Part shown: in pieces, positions 27,254 through 36,193 of the stretch
Position numbering within the stretch: the first letter of the stretch is position 1
Layout of the letters: the number at the start of each line of letters is the position of its first letter
Source: an uncultured Bacillota bacterium
Lineage (GTDB): Bacteria; Bacillota; Dethiobacteria; DTU022; UBA8154
NCBI GenBank assembly: GCA_937973635.1
Contig: CALJJZ010000044.1
Location: forward strand, 72-64,071
Length of the DNA: 64,000 bases
Reading direction: 5' to 3'
Position numbers and translations under genes: made by a program
Notes under the pieces: model-generated
The model's database searches: none
What the model was told of the DNA's origin: nothing
Seen by the model: only the letters and a program-made list of their open reading frames with translations

Positions 27254-29119
27254 ATGGATGCTCTAAAAACCGGCTTGCGGTCGCTGCCGGAACTGTTTGA
27301 CTTGCAGCTGGAGTTAAAAAAGAAAAGGGAACAAAGGGAAAATTACCTCGCTGTCTGCGGCGACACGGGCTGTACTGCCTGGGGTTCGGAGCAGGTTAAA
27401 GATCTTTTTGCCCGGTGCCTGGAAGAAAAGGGGCTCAGTCAAAGTACGGGCCTAAAATTTACCGGCTGCCTGGGATTGTGTGAGTGCGGGCCCGTGGTCA
27501 TCGTCTTTCCCCAGGGTATATTTTACCAGAAGGTAAAAACGGAAGACATTGAAGAGATTGTGGAGCAGACGCTGCTGCAGGGCAAGGTCGTGGAGCGGCT
27601 CCTTTATCAGGACCCGCTGAGTGGGGCAAAAATTGTTCATGCGGAGGAGATACCTTTTTACCGTAAGCAGCAGCGGGTCTTGCTGGCAAACAACTGGAAA
27701 ATAGATCCTTCCAGTATTGAAGATTATCTGGCCCTAGGTGGCTATGGCGCCCTGGGTCGTGTCCTCGGTCAGATGAGCAGTGAACAGGTGATCGGGGAGA
27801 TAAAAGCTTCCCGCCTGCGCGGCAGGGGCGGCGCCGGTTTTCCGGCGGGGCTGAAATGGGAAGAGTGCAGCGGGATGCCGGCAAAGCAGAAGTATATCAT
27901 TTGTAATGCCGACGAGGGCGATCCCGGCGCTTTTATGGACCGCAGCCTCCTGGAGGGGAATCCCCATTCTGTCCTGGAGGGTTTGATCATCGGCGGTTTT
28001 GCCGTGGGCGCCAGCGAAGGCATTATCTATATCCGGGCCGAATACCCCACTGCCGTGCAGAAGGTAAGGTTGGCCATTGCCCAGGCGGAGGAGCTGGGCT
28101 TGCTGGGGGAAAACATCCTTGGCAGCCGCTTCAGTTTTAAGGTAAGTGTAAGCGTGGGAGCCGGGGCTTTCGTTTGCGGGGAGACTTCCGCCCTGGTGGA
28201 GTCGGTACATGGTCGTGTTGGTGAGCCCCGGCAAAAGCCCCCTCATCTGGCAGAGCGGGGTTATAACAACTGTCCCACGGTAATTAACAACGTAGAGACG
28301 CTGGCAAATATTCCTTACATTATAAATATGGGTGCAGAGGCTTACAGCCGGATTGGTTCGGGAAAATCAGGAGGCACGAAGATCTTTTCCCTGGTGGGTA
28401 AGGTCCATCACACGGGGCTGGTGGAGGTGCCCCTGGGTATGCCCCTGCGCAAGATTATTTTTGAGATCGGCGGGGGGATCAAAGGGGGAAAAGCGTTTAA
28501 AGCGGTTCAGACGGGAGGTCCGTCGGGGGGCTGCCTGCCCGCTTCTATGCTCGACCTGCCCACTGATTTCGATGAGCTGAACGCAGCAGGTTCGATGATG
28601 GGTTCGGGCGGGATGATCGTAATGGATGAGGAAACCTGTATGGTTGACCTGGCCCGTTATTTTTTAAAATTCCTGAATGATGAGTCCTGCGGCTGTTGTT
28701 TTACCTGCCGGGAAGGCCTCAGCCGTATGCTGGAGATGGTGGAGGCCATTACCAAGGGGCAAAGCAGCATGGCGGAGTTTGCCCTGCTTAAAGAACTGGC
28801 TGCCGTAGTCAGGGATTCGACCATGTGCGGCCTGGGCCAGACGGGCGCCAACCCGGTGCTTTCCACGATCCGCTACTTCACGGAAGAGTACCGCGCCCAT
28901 ATAGAGGAAAGGAGATGCCCTGCCGGCGTTTGCCGGGACCTGATCAGCTTCCATATTAATAGTGAACTGTGCAACGGTTGCGGCGCCTGCCGCCGCAAGT
29001 GCCCGGCAGGGGCGATTACAGGTGAGGCCAAGATGCCCCACTTCATCCGGGCGGAGCTCTGCACGAAATGCGGTATCTGCCTGGAAAGCTGTCCCATTCA
29101 GGCTGTAATTAAACTGTAA
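27254..29119 (+). CDS. NuoF/HydB-like NADH-binding FMN flavoprotein with an N-terminal [2Fe-2S] domain and C-terminal 2x[4Fe-4S] ferredoxin domain
   Basis: N-terminal thioredoxin-like cysteines, 51-kDa core (GRGGAGFPAGLKWE, SLVGKV, 4Fe-4S CGxCxxC), and C-terminal CNGCGACRRKCP...CTKCGICLESCP. Confidence 0.9.
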   Translation: MDALKTGLRSLPELFDLQLELKKKREQRENYLAVCGDTGCTAWGSEQVKDLFARCLEEKGLSQSTGLKFTGCLGLCECGPVVIVFPQGIFYQKVKTEDIEEIVEQTLLQGKVVERLLYQDPLSGAKIVHAEEIPFYRKQQRVLLANNWKIDPSSIEDYLALGGYGALGRVLGQMSSEQVIGEIKASRLRGRGGAGFPAGLKWEECSGMPAKQKYIICNADEGDPGAFMDRSLLEGNPHSVLEGLIIGGFAVGASEGIIYIRAEYPTAVQKVRLAIAQAEELGLLGENILGSRFSFKVSVSVGAGAFVCGETSALVESVHGRVGEPRQKPPHLAERGYNNCPTVINNVETLANIPYIINMGAEAYSRIGSGKSGGTKIFSLVGKVHHTGLVEVPLGMPLRKIIFEIGGGIKGGKAFKAVQTGGPSGGCLPASMLDLPTDFDELNAAGSMMGSGGMIVMDEETCMVDLARYFLKFLNDESCGCCFTCREGLSRMLEMVEAITKGQSSMAEFALLKELAAVVRDSTMCGLGQTGANPVLSTIRYFTEEYRAHIEERRCPAGVCRDLISFHINSELCNGCGACRRKCPAGAITGEAKMPHFIRAELCTKCGICLESCPIQAVIKL

Positions 29120-29122
29120 GGA

Positions 29123-29806
29123 GTGCTGCCGGTGGTTAATTTTAAATTGAACGGTCTGGAAGTGGCCGTGGAAAAAGGAACAACGCTTTTGGAGGCAGCC
29201 CGTTTTTATGGCATTGAAATCCCCACCCTCTGCTATGACGCGGGCCTGAGCCCTTACGGCGCCTGCCGCCTCTGCCTCGTGGAGGTGGGGGAGCCGGGAA
29301 AATCACGCCTGGTTACCTCCTGCACTTACCCGGCGCGGGAAGGGCTGCAGGTCAGGACACACTCCCAATGGGTGGTAAATACACGTAAGTTAATTATTGA
29401 GCTTTATTTGGCTACCTGTCCTTCTTCGAAAACCATTCAGGACCTGGCCTCTCGTTACCACGTAACCGGTGTCCGTTTTCGTCAAAAACACGAGGACTGT
29501 ATCCTTTGCGGGCTTTGTATCCGCTACTGCAGTGAACAGATGCAGGCCAAGGCCATTGGTTTTATCAACAGGGGGGAGAAGCGGCGTATCAGCACGCCCT
29601 TTGAACGTAAGGCGGAAGAATGCAGGTTTTGCGGAGGGTGCATGTATATCTGTCCGGCCTGCCAGGCCCGTTGCCAGGGGCCCGAGGAAAAGGAAGCCGT
29701 CTGCAACGCGTGTTTGAACCTCTCCCCGCCCTGCCTTGATCGTTTTAACGATGCCATGTGTTATCTGGATCCCTGCGTGGCCTGTGAGCAGGGGCGCAAG
29801 GAATGA
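29123..29806 (+). CDS. NuoG/HydA-N-terminal-like ferredoxin module ([2Fe-2S] plant-type + [4Fe-4S] clusters) without a catalytic domain
   Basis: Two-Fe-2S motif (CYDAGLSPYGACRLCLVEV...SC), His/Cys cluster, and two CxxCxxCxxxCP motifs. Only 227 aa. Confidence 0.7.
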   Translation: MLPVVNFKLNGLEVAVEKGTTLLEAARFYGIEIPTLCYDAGLSPYGACRLCLVEVGEPGKSRLVTSCTYPAREGLQVRTHSQWVVNTRKLIIELYLATCPSSKTIQDLASRYHVTGVRFRQKHEDCILCGLCIRYCSEQMQAKAIGFINRGEKRRISTPFERKAEECRFCGGCMYICPACQARCQGPEEKEAVCNACLNLSPPCLDRFNDAMCYLDPCVACEQGRKE

Positions 29807-29848
29807 CACTTTAAAATATTGAAAAGATTTTAGAAAGGAGTATTGACC

Positions 29849-31432
29849 ATGACTTATTCACGTTTAAACGCCTCTGCGGCTACCCTGACCAAAAACCGCA
29901 CGGAAGGTTCGATCAGCCCTTTCAGCGGTATGTGTGTAACCTGCGTGGACGGTTGTATCGGTATGTGCGAGATTGGCAAGTCAGCCTACCGCGGCCACGA
30001 AACCATCTACCCCCAGCCCTTTGGGTTGATTACCACTGCTTCGGAAAAAGTTTATCCCCTGGATTATTCCCATTTTACAATTCTGGGGACCGCTGTGGGC
30101 GCCCACGGTATCGAAGCGGACAGCGACAAGGCCATCTTTCCGGCGGTAAACCTTGAAACCAGGGTGGGGCAGGGTGCGGGGATCCGTGTCAAATTACCCT
30201 TTGTCATCTCGGGTATGGGTTCCACCGATGTGGCCGGCAACAACTGGGAGGGATTGGCCTCCGGCGCCGCCCTGGCCGGTGTGATCCTGACCATTGGTGA
30301 AAATGTATGCGGTATGGATACGAGTACAGTGATAAAGGACGGACGGGTAGTTAGCACCACCGACCTGGACCGGCGTGTAAAAATTTACCAGCAATGGCAG
30401 CGGGACGGCTATGGGGCCATCGTTGTCCAGGCCAACGTAGAAGATACGCGGCTGGGAGTCCAGGAGTACGCCATCAGCCAGCTTGGCGTGGAAGCCGTGG
30501 AATTGAAATGGGGCCAGGGTGCCAAGGATATTGGCGGCGAGGTAAAGATCCGGGACCTGGAAAAGGCCCAGCTGTTAAAGCAGAGGGGCTATGTGGTCCT
30601 GCCCGATCCTGAAAACCCTGCGGTGATTGCTGCTTTTAAACAGGGCTCTTTTAAGGAATTTGAGCGCCACTCCCGTGTTGGTATGGTGGAGCTGGAATCT
30701 TTCCTTAAGCGCGTGGAAGAACTGCGCCGGGCCGGAGCCAAATATATCTTCCTGAAGACGGGTGCCTACCGCCCGGCAGACCTGGCCAGGGCGATCAAAT
30801 TTGCCTCCCTGGCGCGCCTTGACCTGCTTACTGTGGACGGGGCGGGAGGCGGCACCGGCATGAGCCCCTGGCGCATGATGAACGAATGGGGCATCCCCTC
30901 CGTGGAGCTGCATTCCCTGCTCTACCGTTATGCGGTCAGGCTGGCGGAAAAGGGCGAATATGTGCCCGACCTGGCCCTGGCCGGAGGTTTTACCCTGGAG
31001 GATCAGGTCTATAAAGGACTTGCCCTTGGCGCTCCCTACGTCAAGCTCATCGGTATGGCCCGTTCCCCCCTGGCGGCGGCGATGGTGGGCAAAACAATCG
31101 GGCGTCGTATCGCCGAAAACCAGGTGCCCGTCTATGTGGAGCGCTTTGGCCATACGATCGAAGATATTTTTGTCACTGCCGCCTCCTTGAAAGAAGAACT
31201 GGGCGAAGAAACTTTCCGCCAGGTTTCGCCGGGGGCCCTTGGCGTTTACACCTATTTTGAGCGCCTGGCCCAGGGGTTGAAGCAGCTTATGTGTGGCAGC
31301 CGCAAATTTGCCCTTGCTTATCTTACCCGGGACGATATTGCGGCCCTCACCAGGGAAGCAGCGGAGGTCAGCGGGATTGACTATGTCATGGACGTGGACA
31401 GGGAAGAGGCGGAGAGGATTTTGGACCTCTAA
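29849..31432 (+). CDS. Stand-alone glutamate-synthase large-subunit domain-2-like FMN/Fe-S protein (YerD / archaeal GltB-2 type, Pfam Glu_synthase)
   Basis: N-terminal CxxCxxxCxxxC cluster, then the GltB FMN-domain fold (GxSxG-like GMGSTDV, LVISGHDGGTGAS-like LTVDGAGGGTGMSP). About 527 aa. No amidotransferase or GXGXG domain. Confidence 0.75.
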   Translation: MTYSRLNASAATLTKNRTEGSISPFSGMCVTCVDGCIGMCEIGKSAYRGHETIYPQPFGLITTASEKVYPLDYSHFTILGTAVGAHGIEADSDKAIFPAVNLETRVGQGAGIRVKLPFVISGMGSTDVAGNNWEGLASGAALAGVILTIGENVCGMDTSTVIKDGRVVSTTDLDRRVKIYQQWQRDGYGAIVVQANVEDTRLGVQEYAISQLGVEAVELKWGQGAKDIGGEVKIRDLEKAQLLKQRGYVVLPDPENPAVIAAFKQGSFKEFERHSRVGMVELESFLKRVEELRRAGAKYIFLKTGAYRPADLARAIKFASLARLDLLTVDGAGGGTGMSPWRMMNEWGIPSVELHSLLYRYAVRLAEKGEYVPDLALAGGFTLEDQVYKGLALGAPYVKLIGMARSPLAAAMVGKTIGRRIAENQVPVYVERFGHTIEDIFVTAASLKEELGEETFRQVSPGALGVYTYFERLAQGLKQLMCGSRKFALAYLTRDDIAALTREAAEVSGIDYVMDVDREEAERILDL

Positions 31433-31496
31433 GCTGAAATTCTTCCAGAGCAGGCTGGATGGCGGGCGAAAAAGAATACAATGACTGTGGCATACA

Positions 31497-31525
31497 TTGA
31501 CAGCAAAAGATTACTTTTGTTATAT
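31497..31525 (+). promoter_or_regulatory. Sigma-A promoter TTGACA-17-TTATAT upstream of the LarA-like gene
   Basis: TTGACA at 31497-31502 and TTATAT at 31520-31525. Confidence 0.5.
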
Positions 31526-31610
31526 TTCTAGTGACCTTATTATGGCCCTTTGCCAGGTCGGATCACCGCCTGCTCAGCAAAAATGAACTTTGTTTATCTT
31601 CCAGTTTATA

Positions 31611-31642
31611 AGCGCTGCCGCAGAGAGGGCAGCGCTTTTTTC
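31611..31642 (+). terminator. Rho-independent terminator (AGCGCTGCC-gcagagag-GGCAGCGCT + TTTTTT)
   Basis: Nine-bp GC stem plus a T6 run between the GltB-like and LarA-like genes. Confidence 0.7.
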
Positions 31643-31687
31643 TACATGCCGTTAAGTGGCCAAAATTGAGCGGAAAGGGGTGGCGCC

Positions 31688-32929
31688 ATGGAAGAATTAA
31701 AATTCAGGTTGCCGCAAAATGCTTGGCACGGCGATGCGGAGGTGGAAATCGCCCTGCCGGCAACATGGGAGGTCAAGCTGGCGGAAATTCCGGCCGACAG
31801 CCTGCCGGTCCTGGGGAAAGAGGAGATGGCTGCGCGCTTGCTTAAGCCCATCGCTTCTTCTCCCCTCTCTGACCTGGCCCGGGGCCGCCGGAAAGCTGTT
31901 ATTATCTTTGACGACCTCTCCAGGCCTACCATGATGGACGTGGTAGCGCCCATGATCGTGGCAGAACTTTTAAAGGGCGGTATGGAAGAAAACAGCATCT
32001 CTTTTGTGGCTGCCCTGGGTGCGCACGGCGCCCACACGCTGCTCGACTTTACCAAAAAGCTGGGCGCGGAGATTGTGGGGCGTTTCCCTGTTTATAACCA
32101 CAATCCCTACGAGAATTGCTCCTACGTGGGGAAAACTTCTTCCGGCCTCCCTGTATATATCAACGACGAAGTGCTCAGTGCCGATTTAAAGATAGGTATT
32201 GGCAGCATTCTGCCCCATGCCTTTAACGGCTTTGGCGGCGGCGGGAAAATTGTTTTTCCCGGGGTGGCGGGGATGGAGTCTATCTATCTTAATCACAGCA
32301 AAGTCCTGGCTGACTTAAAAGAAAGGAACGTAGGTTTTACCGGCAATATGGGTGATATGGCGAACAGCCGCATGAAAGACGATATTGAAGAAATTGTACG
32401 TATGATTAATTTTAATTTTAAAATTGACATACTGCCCAACAGCAAAAGGGAGGCTGTGGAAATGGTGGCCGGCGATCCCATACTGGCGCATTATAAAGGC
32501 GTGGAGATGGCCTCCCGGCTTTATTTAACCGAGTTCCACGGCGATGCGGACATTGTCATCGCCAATGCCAATGCCAAGGCCAATGAGTCGTTGATCGCCC
32601 TCCTGCAGGGAGCGGCTTCCTTAAAGGAAGAGGGCGGCGATCTGGTGCTGATCGTAGATTTTCCCGCGGGACAGGTGGTGCACTACCTGCTGGGGCAGTG
32701 TGGCGAAAAAAGGGGTGGCAGGCTCTGGCCCGGGGAAGTCGCCTTTCCTCCCCGTATCCAGCGCGGCATCCTCTTCACCAGCAACCCCGGCCAGCGTTTC
32801 GGCCTTTGCCATAGCCTGGTGGAATGTTGCCGCTGGGATGATGTGCGTACTCTCTTGCAGGAGAAATACGGCGCTAAGACCAAAGCGGTAATTTATAAAG
32901 ACGCTACCATGCAATTTTTTCGCCGCTAA
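31688..32929 (+). CDS. LarA-family (DUF2088) nickel-pincer-nucleotide-dependent alpha-hydroxy-acid racemase/epimerase-like protein
   Basis: Approximately 413 aa. KAVIIFDDLSRPT resembles the LarA ...SDxTRP motif, ALGAHGAHT the ATGTHR motif, and PHAFNGFGGGGK the H..GfsGG.K motif. Confidence 0.5.
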   Translation: MEELKFRLPQNAWHGDAEVEIALPATWEVKLAEIPADSLPVLGKEEMAARLLKPIASSPLSDLARGRRKAVIIFDDLSRPTMMDVVAPMIVAELLKGGMEENSISFVAALGAHGAHTLLDFTKKLGAEIVGRFPVYNHNPYENCSYVGKTSSGLPVYINDEVLSADLKIGIGSILPHAFNGFGGGGKIVFPGVAGMESIYLNHSKVLADLKERNVGFTGNMGDMANSRMKDDIEEIVRMINFNFKIDILPNSKREAVEMVAGDPILAHYKGVEMASRLYLTEFHGDADIVIANANAKANESLIALLQGAASLKEEGGDLVLIVDFPAGQVVHYLLGQCGEKRGGRLWPGEVAFPPRIQRGILFTSNPGQRFGLCHSLVECCRWDDVRTLLQEKYGAKTKAVIYKDATMQFFRR

Positions 32930-33101
32930 GGCAGGAAAGGTAAAAAAAATGTCAAATATAAATTATAAATGTATATTATTTCGTAATAATTAATATAGCA
33001 GTGCAAGGGGGTGAATAAGGATAATATATGAGACAATAGTAACGGGAAAGTTGTACGTGGGGGAATTTCCAGAAAAATTTATTTATAACAGGAGGTCAAC
33101 G

Positions 33102-34187
33102 ATGAAAAAGAAGGTTACGGTATTTTTACTTCTGGGGGCTATGCTGGCGCTGGCACTGGCCGGATGCGCCCAGCAGGCGGCGCCTGCTCCCGCTACACCG
33201 GGGGCTCCTGCTGCTGCCGCTCCGGAAAAGGTCTTTAACTGGCGAGCCCAGGGCATTTATACCCCTGGAGACCCGGGGCTGGAGATCCAGCAAGCTTTTG
33301 TGGACAGGGTCAAGGAGCTTTCCGGCGGTAGGCTTAATATCACGCTGCATCCCATTGGCGCCATCGTGGGACCTTTTGAGACCTTTGATGCGGTGGCCAC
33401 AGGGGTGCTGGAAGTAGGCATGAAAACCCCTATGTGGTGGGGCGGTAAAGAACCTGTATGCAACCTTTTGACCAGTCTCCCGGGCAGCTTTACCCATGCC
33501 TACCAGTTGGATGCCTGGTACTGGGAGCACGGCGGCATTGATATTGCCCGGGAAGCCTACGGCAGGCATGGTATCTATTTTGTTGGGCCGGCTATCTTCG
33601 GTGTTCCGCCTATTGGAGCCGAAGTGGTTCATTCCCGTGTGCCTATCCGCAGTATCGATGATTACAGGGGGCTGAAGGTCCGCAGCGGCGGCGCTGCTGC
33701 CAAATGGTTTGAGGGCCTGGGAGCCTCCATCGTCACTCTCCCCGGACCGGAGATCTACCCATCTCTGGAAAAGGGAGTTGTAGATGCTGCCGAATGGGTT
33801 TCTCCCAACTCCAACTATGCGTTGGGCCTGCATGAGGCTGCTCCCTATGTAATTATGCCCGGGCTACACACACCGCTGATGGCTTCTGAGGTTACAGTAA
33901 ATATGGAGGCCTGGAACTCGCTCCCCGATGACCTGAAGGCCATTATGGAGGTCGCCACCAAGGAGCTTTCCGTAAGAAAAGCTCAGAGGTTTGAAAACCT
34001 CGACCACTACTACCTTGATAAGATGAGGGAATACGGGGTGGAAGTAATCGAGTGGACGCCGCAGGAAATTGCCAGGGCGGCCCAGTATTCTATGACTCTG
34101 TTTGAAGGCTTTGCCACCGATGAACTTTCCAGGCGGGCCTTGGATTCCCAGTTAAATTATCTGCGGACGATCGGCGTTATCCAATAG
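33102..34187 (+). CDS. TRAP transporter substrate-binding lipoprotein (DctP family)
   Basis: Lipobox ALAGCAQ, DctP-fold motifs, and RBS AGGAGG 7 nt before the ATG. Confidence 0.85.
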   Translation: MKKKVTVFLLLGAMLALALAGCAQQAAPAPATPGAPAAAAPEKVFNWRAQGIYTPGDPGLEIQQAFVDRVKELSGGRLNITLHPIGAIVGPFETFDAVATGVLEVGMKTPMWWGGKEPVCNLLTSLPGSFTHAYQLDAWYWEHGGIDIAREAYGRHGIYFVGPAIFGVPPIGAEVVHSRVPIRSIDDYRGLKVRSGGAAAKWFEGLGASIVTLPGPEIYPSLEKGVVDAAEWVSPNSNYALGLHEAAPYVIMPGLHTPLMASEVTVNMEAWNSLPDDLKAIMEVATKELSVRKAQRFENLDHYYLDKMREYGVEVIEWTPQEIARAAQYSMTLFEGFATDELSRRALDSQLNYLRTIGVIQ

Positions 34188-34227
34188 CCTAAGTGCTGAA
34201 TAGTCTTAAGGACTGGAGGGCATCTCC

Positions 34228-34731
34228 TTGAAACCTCTGCTGACTGTAATAGACGCTATTTCCGAATACACAGGTAGGCTTTTTGCCTACCTGTGTATTC
34301 CAGTCATTGCCATCATCATGATCGAAGTAATAGGGAGATATTTCTTTACTCACCCCTTTATCTGGAGCCATGAATCTATGACTTTTACAAGCGCGGGTAT
34401 CTATCTTTTGGGTGGGGCTTATATTTTAAAAGAACGGGGACATATCAGCGTGGATCTGATTTATCGCTATCTGCCGGTCCGGGCAAAGGCGATTATGGAT
34501 CTTGTGGTGTCAGTTTTCTTTTTCATTTATATTTATGTCCTGTTGAAGGTAGGGATGAACTACGCTCTTACCTCGGTGCGCATCCTGGAGAAGAGCGGCA
34601 CGCCCTGGAATCCTCCCATCTATCCGGTAAAGCTTGCCATTGCTATTGCCACTCTCCTTATTTTCCTTGCCGGAATAGCTAATTTTATCCGTGACCTGAA
34701 GGTCGCCATTACAGGGAGGGAAGAGCTATGA
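34228..34731 (+). CDS. TRAP transporter small permease (DctQ)
   Basis: Four-TM protein of about 167 aa. Its stop overlaps the dctM start. Confidence 0.75.
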   Translation: MKPLLTVIDAISEYTGRLFAYLCIPVIAIIMIEVIGRYFFTHPFIWSHESMTFTSAGIYLLGGAYILKERGHISVDLIYRYLPVRAKAIMDLVVSVFFFIYIYVLLKVGMNYALTSVRILEKSGTPWNPPIYPVKLAIAIATLLIFLAGIANFIRDLKVAITGREEL

Positions 34732-36038
34732 GCATTGAACTTATTACCTTGTTTATGTTTGGCGGCCTCTTTCTTCTCCTGCTTTTGAATGTGCCTATCG
34801 CCTTTGCCACCGGTTCCATCGCTGTCATCAGTGCCTACCTTTTCTGGAGCCCCAAGGCGGTGAACCTCTTTCCCACTTCTGTTTACACTATGGTCACAAA
34901 TTATATCTTTGTAGCTGTCCCCATGTTTATCTTCATGGGTTCTGTCCTGGAGCGCTCCGGCATTACAGACTATCTTTACGAAGCAGTTTACCGCTGGGTT
35001 GGTTCTCTGCGGGGCAGCCTGGCCATGGCCACTGTGCTGGCGAGCATTATTATGAGCGCCATGGTGGGGGTGATTGGGGCTATTATTGTTAGCATGGGGT
35101 TAATTGCTCTTCCCTCTATGCTTAAACGGGGTTACGATAAAGGTATTGCCATGGGCAGCATTATGGCCGGCGGCGCCCTGGGTGTGCTTATACCGCCCAG
35201 CATTATGCTCATCATGTACGCTATGTGGGCGGGCCTCTCCATCAGGAAGATTTTTCTGGGGGCGATCATGCCCGGCTTGCTGCTGGGAGGGCTCTTCCTC
35301 GTCTATATTGCTGTAAGGTGCTATATTCAGCCCCACCTGGGGCCTGCATTGCCCAAAGAAGAGCGGATCCCCTTTAAAGAGAAGCTGAAATACTTAAAGG
35401 CGCTGATCCTGCCTGTTGCCCTTATCGTTTTTGTGCTAGGTTCCATCCTTACCGGTATTGCTGCCCCCACAGAAGCCAGCGGCATCGGGGCTTTTGGCGC
35501 CCTAGTATGCGCCGCCGTTTACCGCCGGCTGAACTGGGATCTTGTCAAAAATGCCTGTCTGAGCACCATCAGGCTTTCGGCAATGGTCATGTGGATCGGT
35601 TTTGGCGCTGTTATGTTTATCAGCACCTATAACGCCCTAGGAGGTGTCCAGTTCGTCCAGAACCTCATCCTTGCCCTACCGGTGCAGCCATGGGTCCTTT
35701 TGGTGGGGATGATGGCCATTGTCATTGCTCTGGGAATGATTATCGAATGGGTGGGGATTATTATGCTGGTGGTGCCGATTTTCCTCCCTATTGTAGCGGC
35801 CCTTGGCTTCGATCCCCTCTGGTTTGGGGTCCTTGTCTGTGTTAACCTGCAGATGGACGTGCTGACCCCGCCCTTTGGCTATGCCCTTTTTTACATGAAG
35901 GGTGTGGCGCCAAAGGAAGTTACTACGGCCGATATCTACCGGGCCTCCATTCCTTTTGCCCTTTTGCAGCTGACAGGCCTTATTTTATGCATGATCTTTC
36001 CCCAGATCATCCTCTGGTTGCCCAATTTGATGTACTGA
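34728..36038 (+). CDS. TRAP transporter large permease (DctM)
   Basis: Twelve-TM profile. DctM family length is 436 aa. Confidence 0.85.
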   Translation: MSIELITLFMFGGLFLLLLLNVPIAFATGSIAVISAYLFWSPKAVNLFPTSVYTMVTNYIFVAVPMFIFMGSVLERSGITDYLYEAVYRWVGSLRGSLAMATVLASIIMSAMVGVIGAIIVSMGLIALPSMLKRGYDKGIAMGSIMAGGALGVLIPPSIMLIMYAMWAGLSIRKIFLGAIMPGLLLGGLFLVYIAVRCYIQPHLGPALPKEERIPFKEKLKYLKALILPVALIVFVLGSILTGIAAPTEASGIGAFGALVCAAVYRRLNWDLVKNACLSTIRLSAMVMWIGFGAVMFISTYNALGGVQFVQNLILALPVQPWVLLVGMMAIVIALGMIIEWVGIIMLVVPIFLPIVAALGFDPLWFGVLVCVNLQMDVLTPPFGYALFYMKGVAPKEVTTADIYRASIPFALLQLTGLILCMIFPQIILWLPNLMY

Positions 36039-36193
36039 TCTGCGGGGAAAACAGACCCGGCAGCGCTGCAGGCATGGGGAGCAGCCGGAAAGCAAGGCCG
36101 GGATATGGGGGATAAAGGCGTATCAAAGGGGATGCGCCTTTATATATTTCCCCGGTTGTTGGTTAGATAAAGAAAATGGCAGGAGGAATACAG

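Noticed and set aside
31688-32929. Reading the DUF2088 protein specifically as lactate racemase
   Set aside because: Family membership is plausible, but substrate cannot be inferred from sequence and larBCE are absent nearby. Kept generic.
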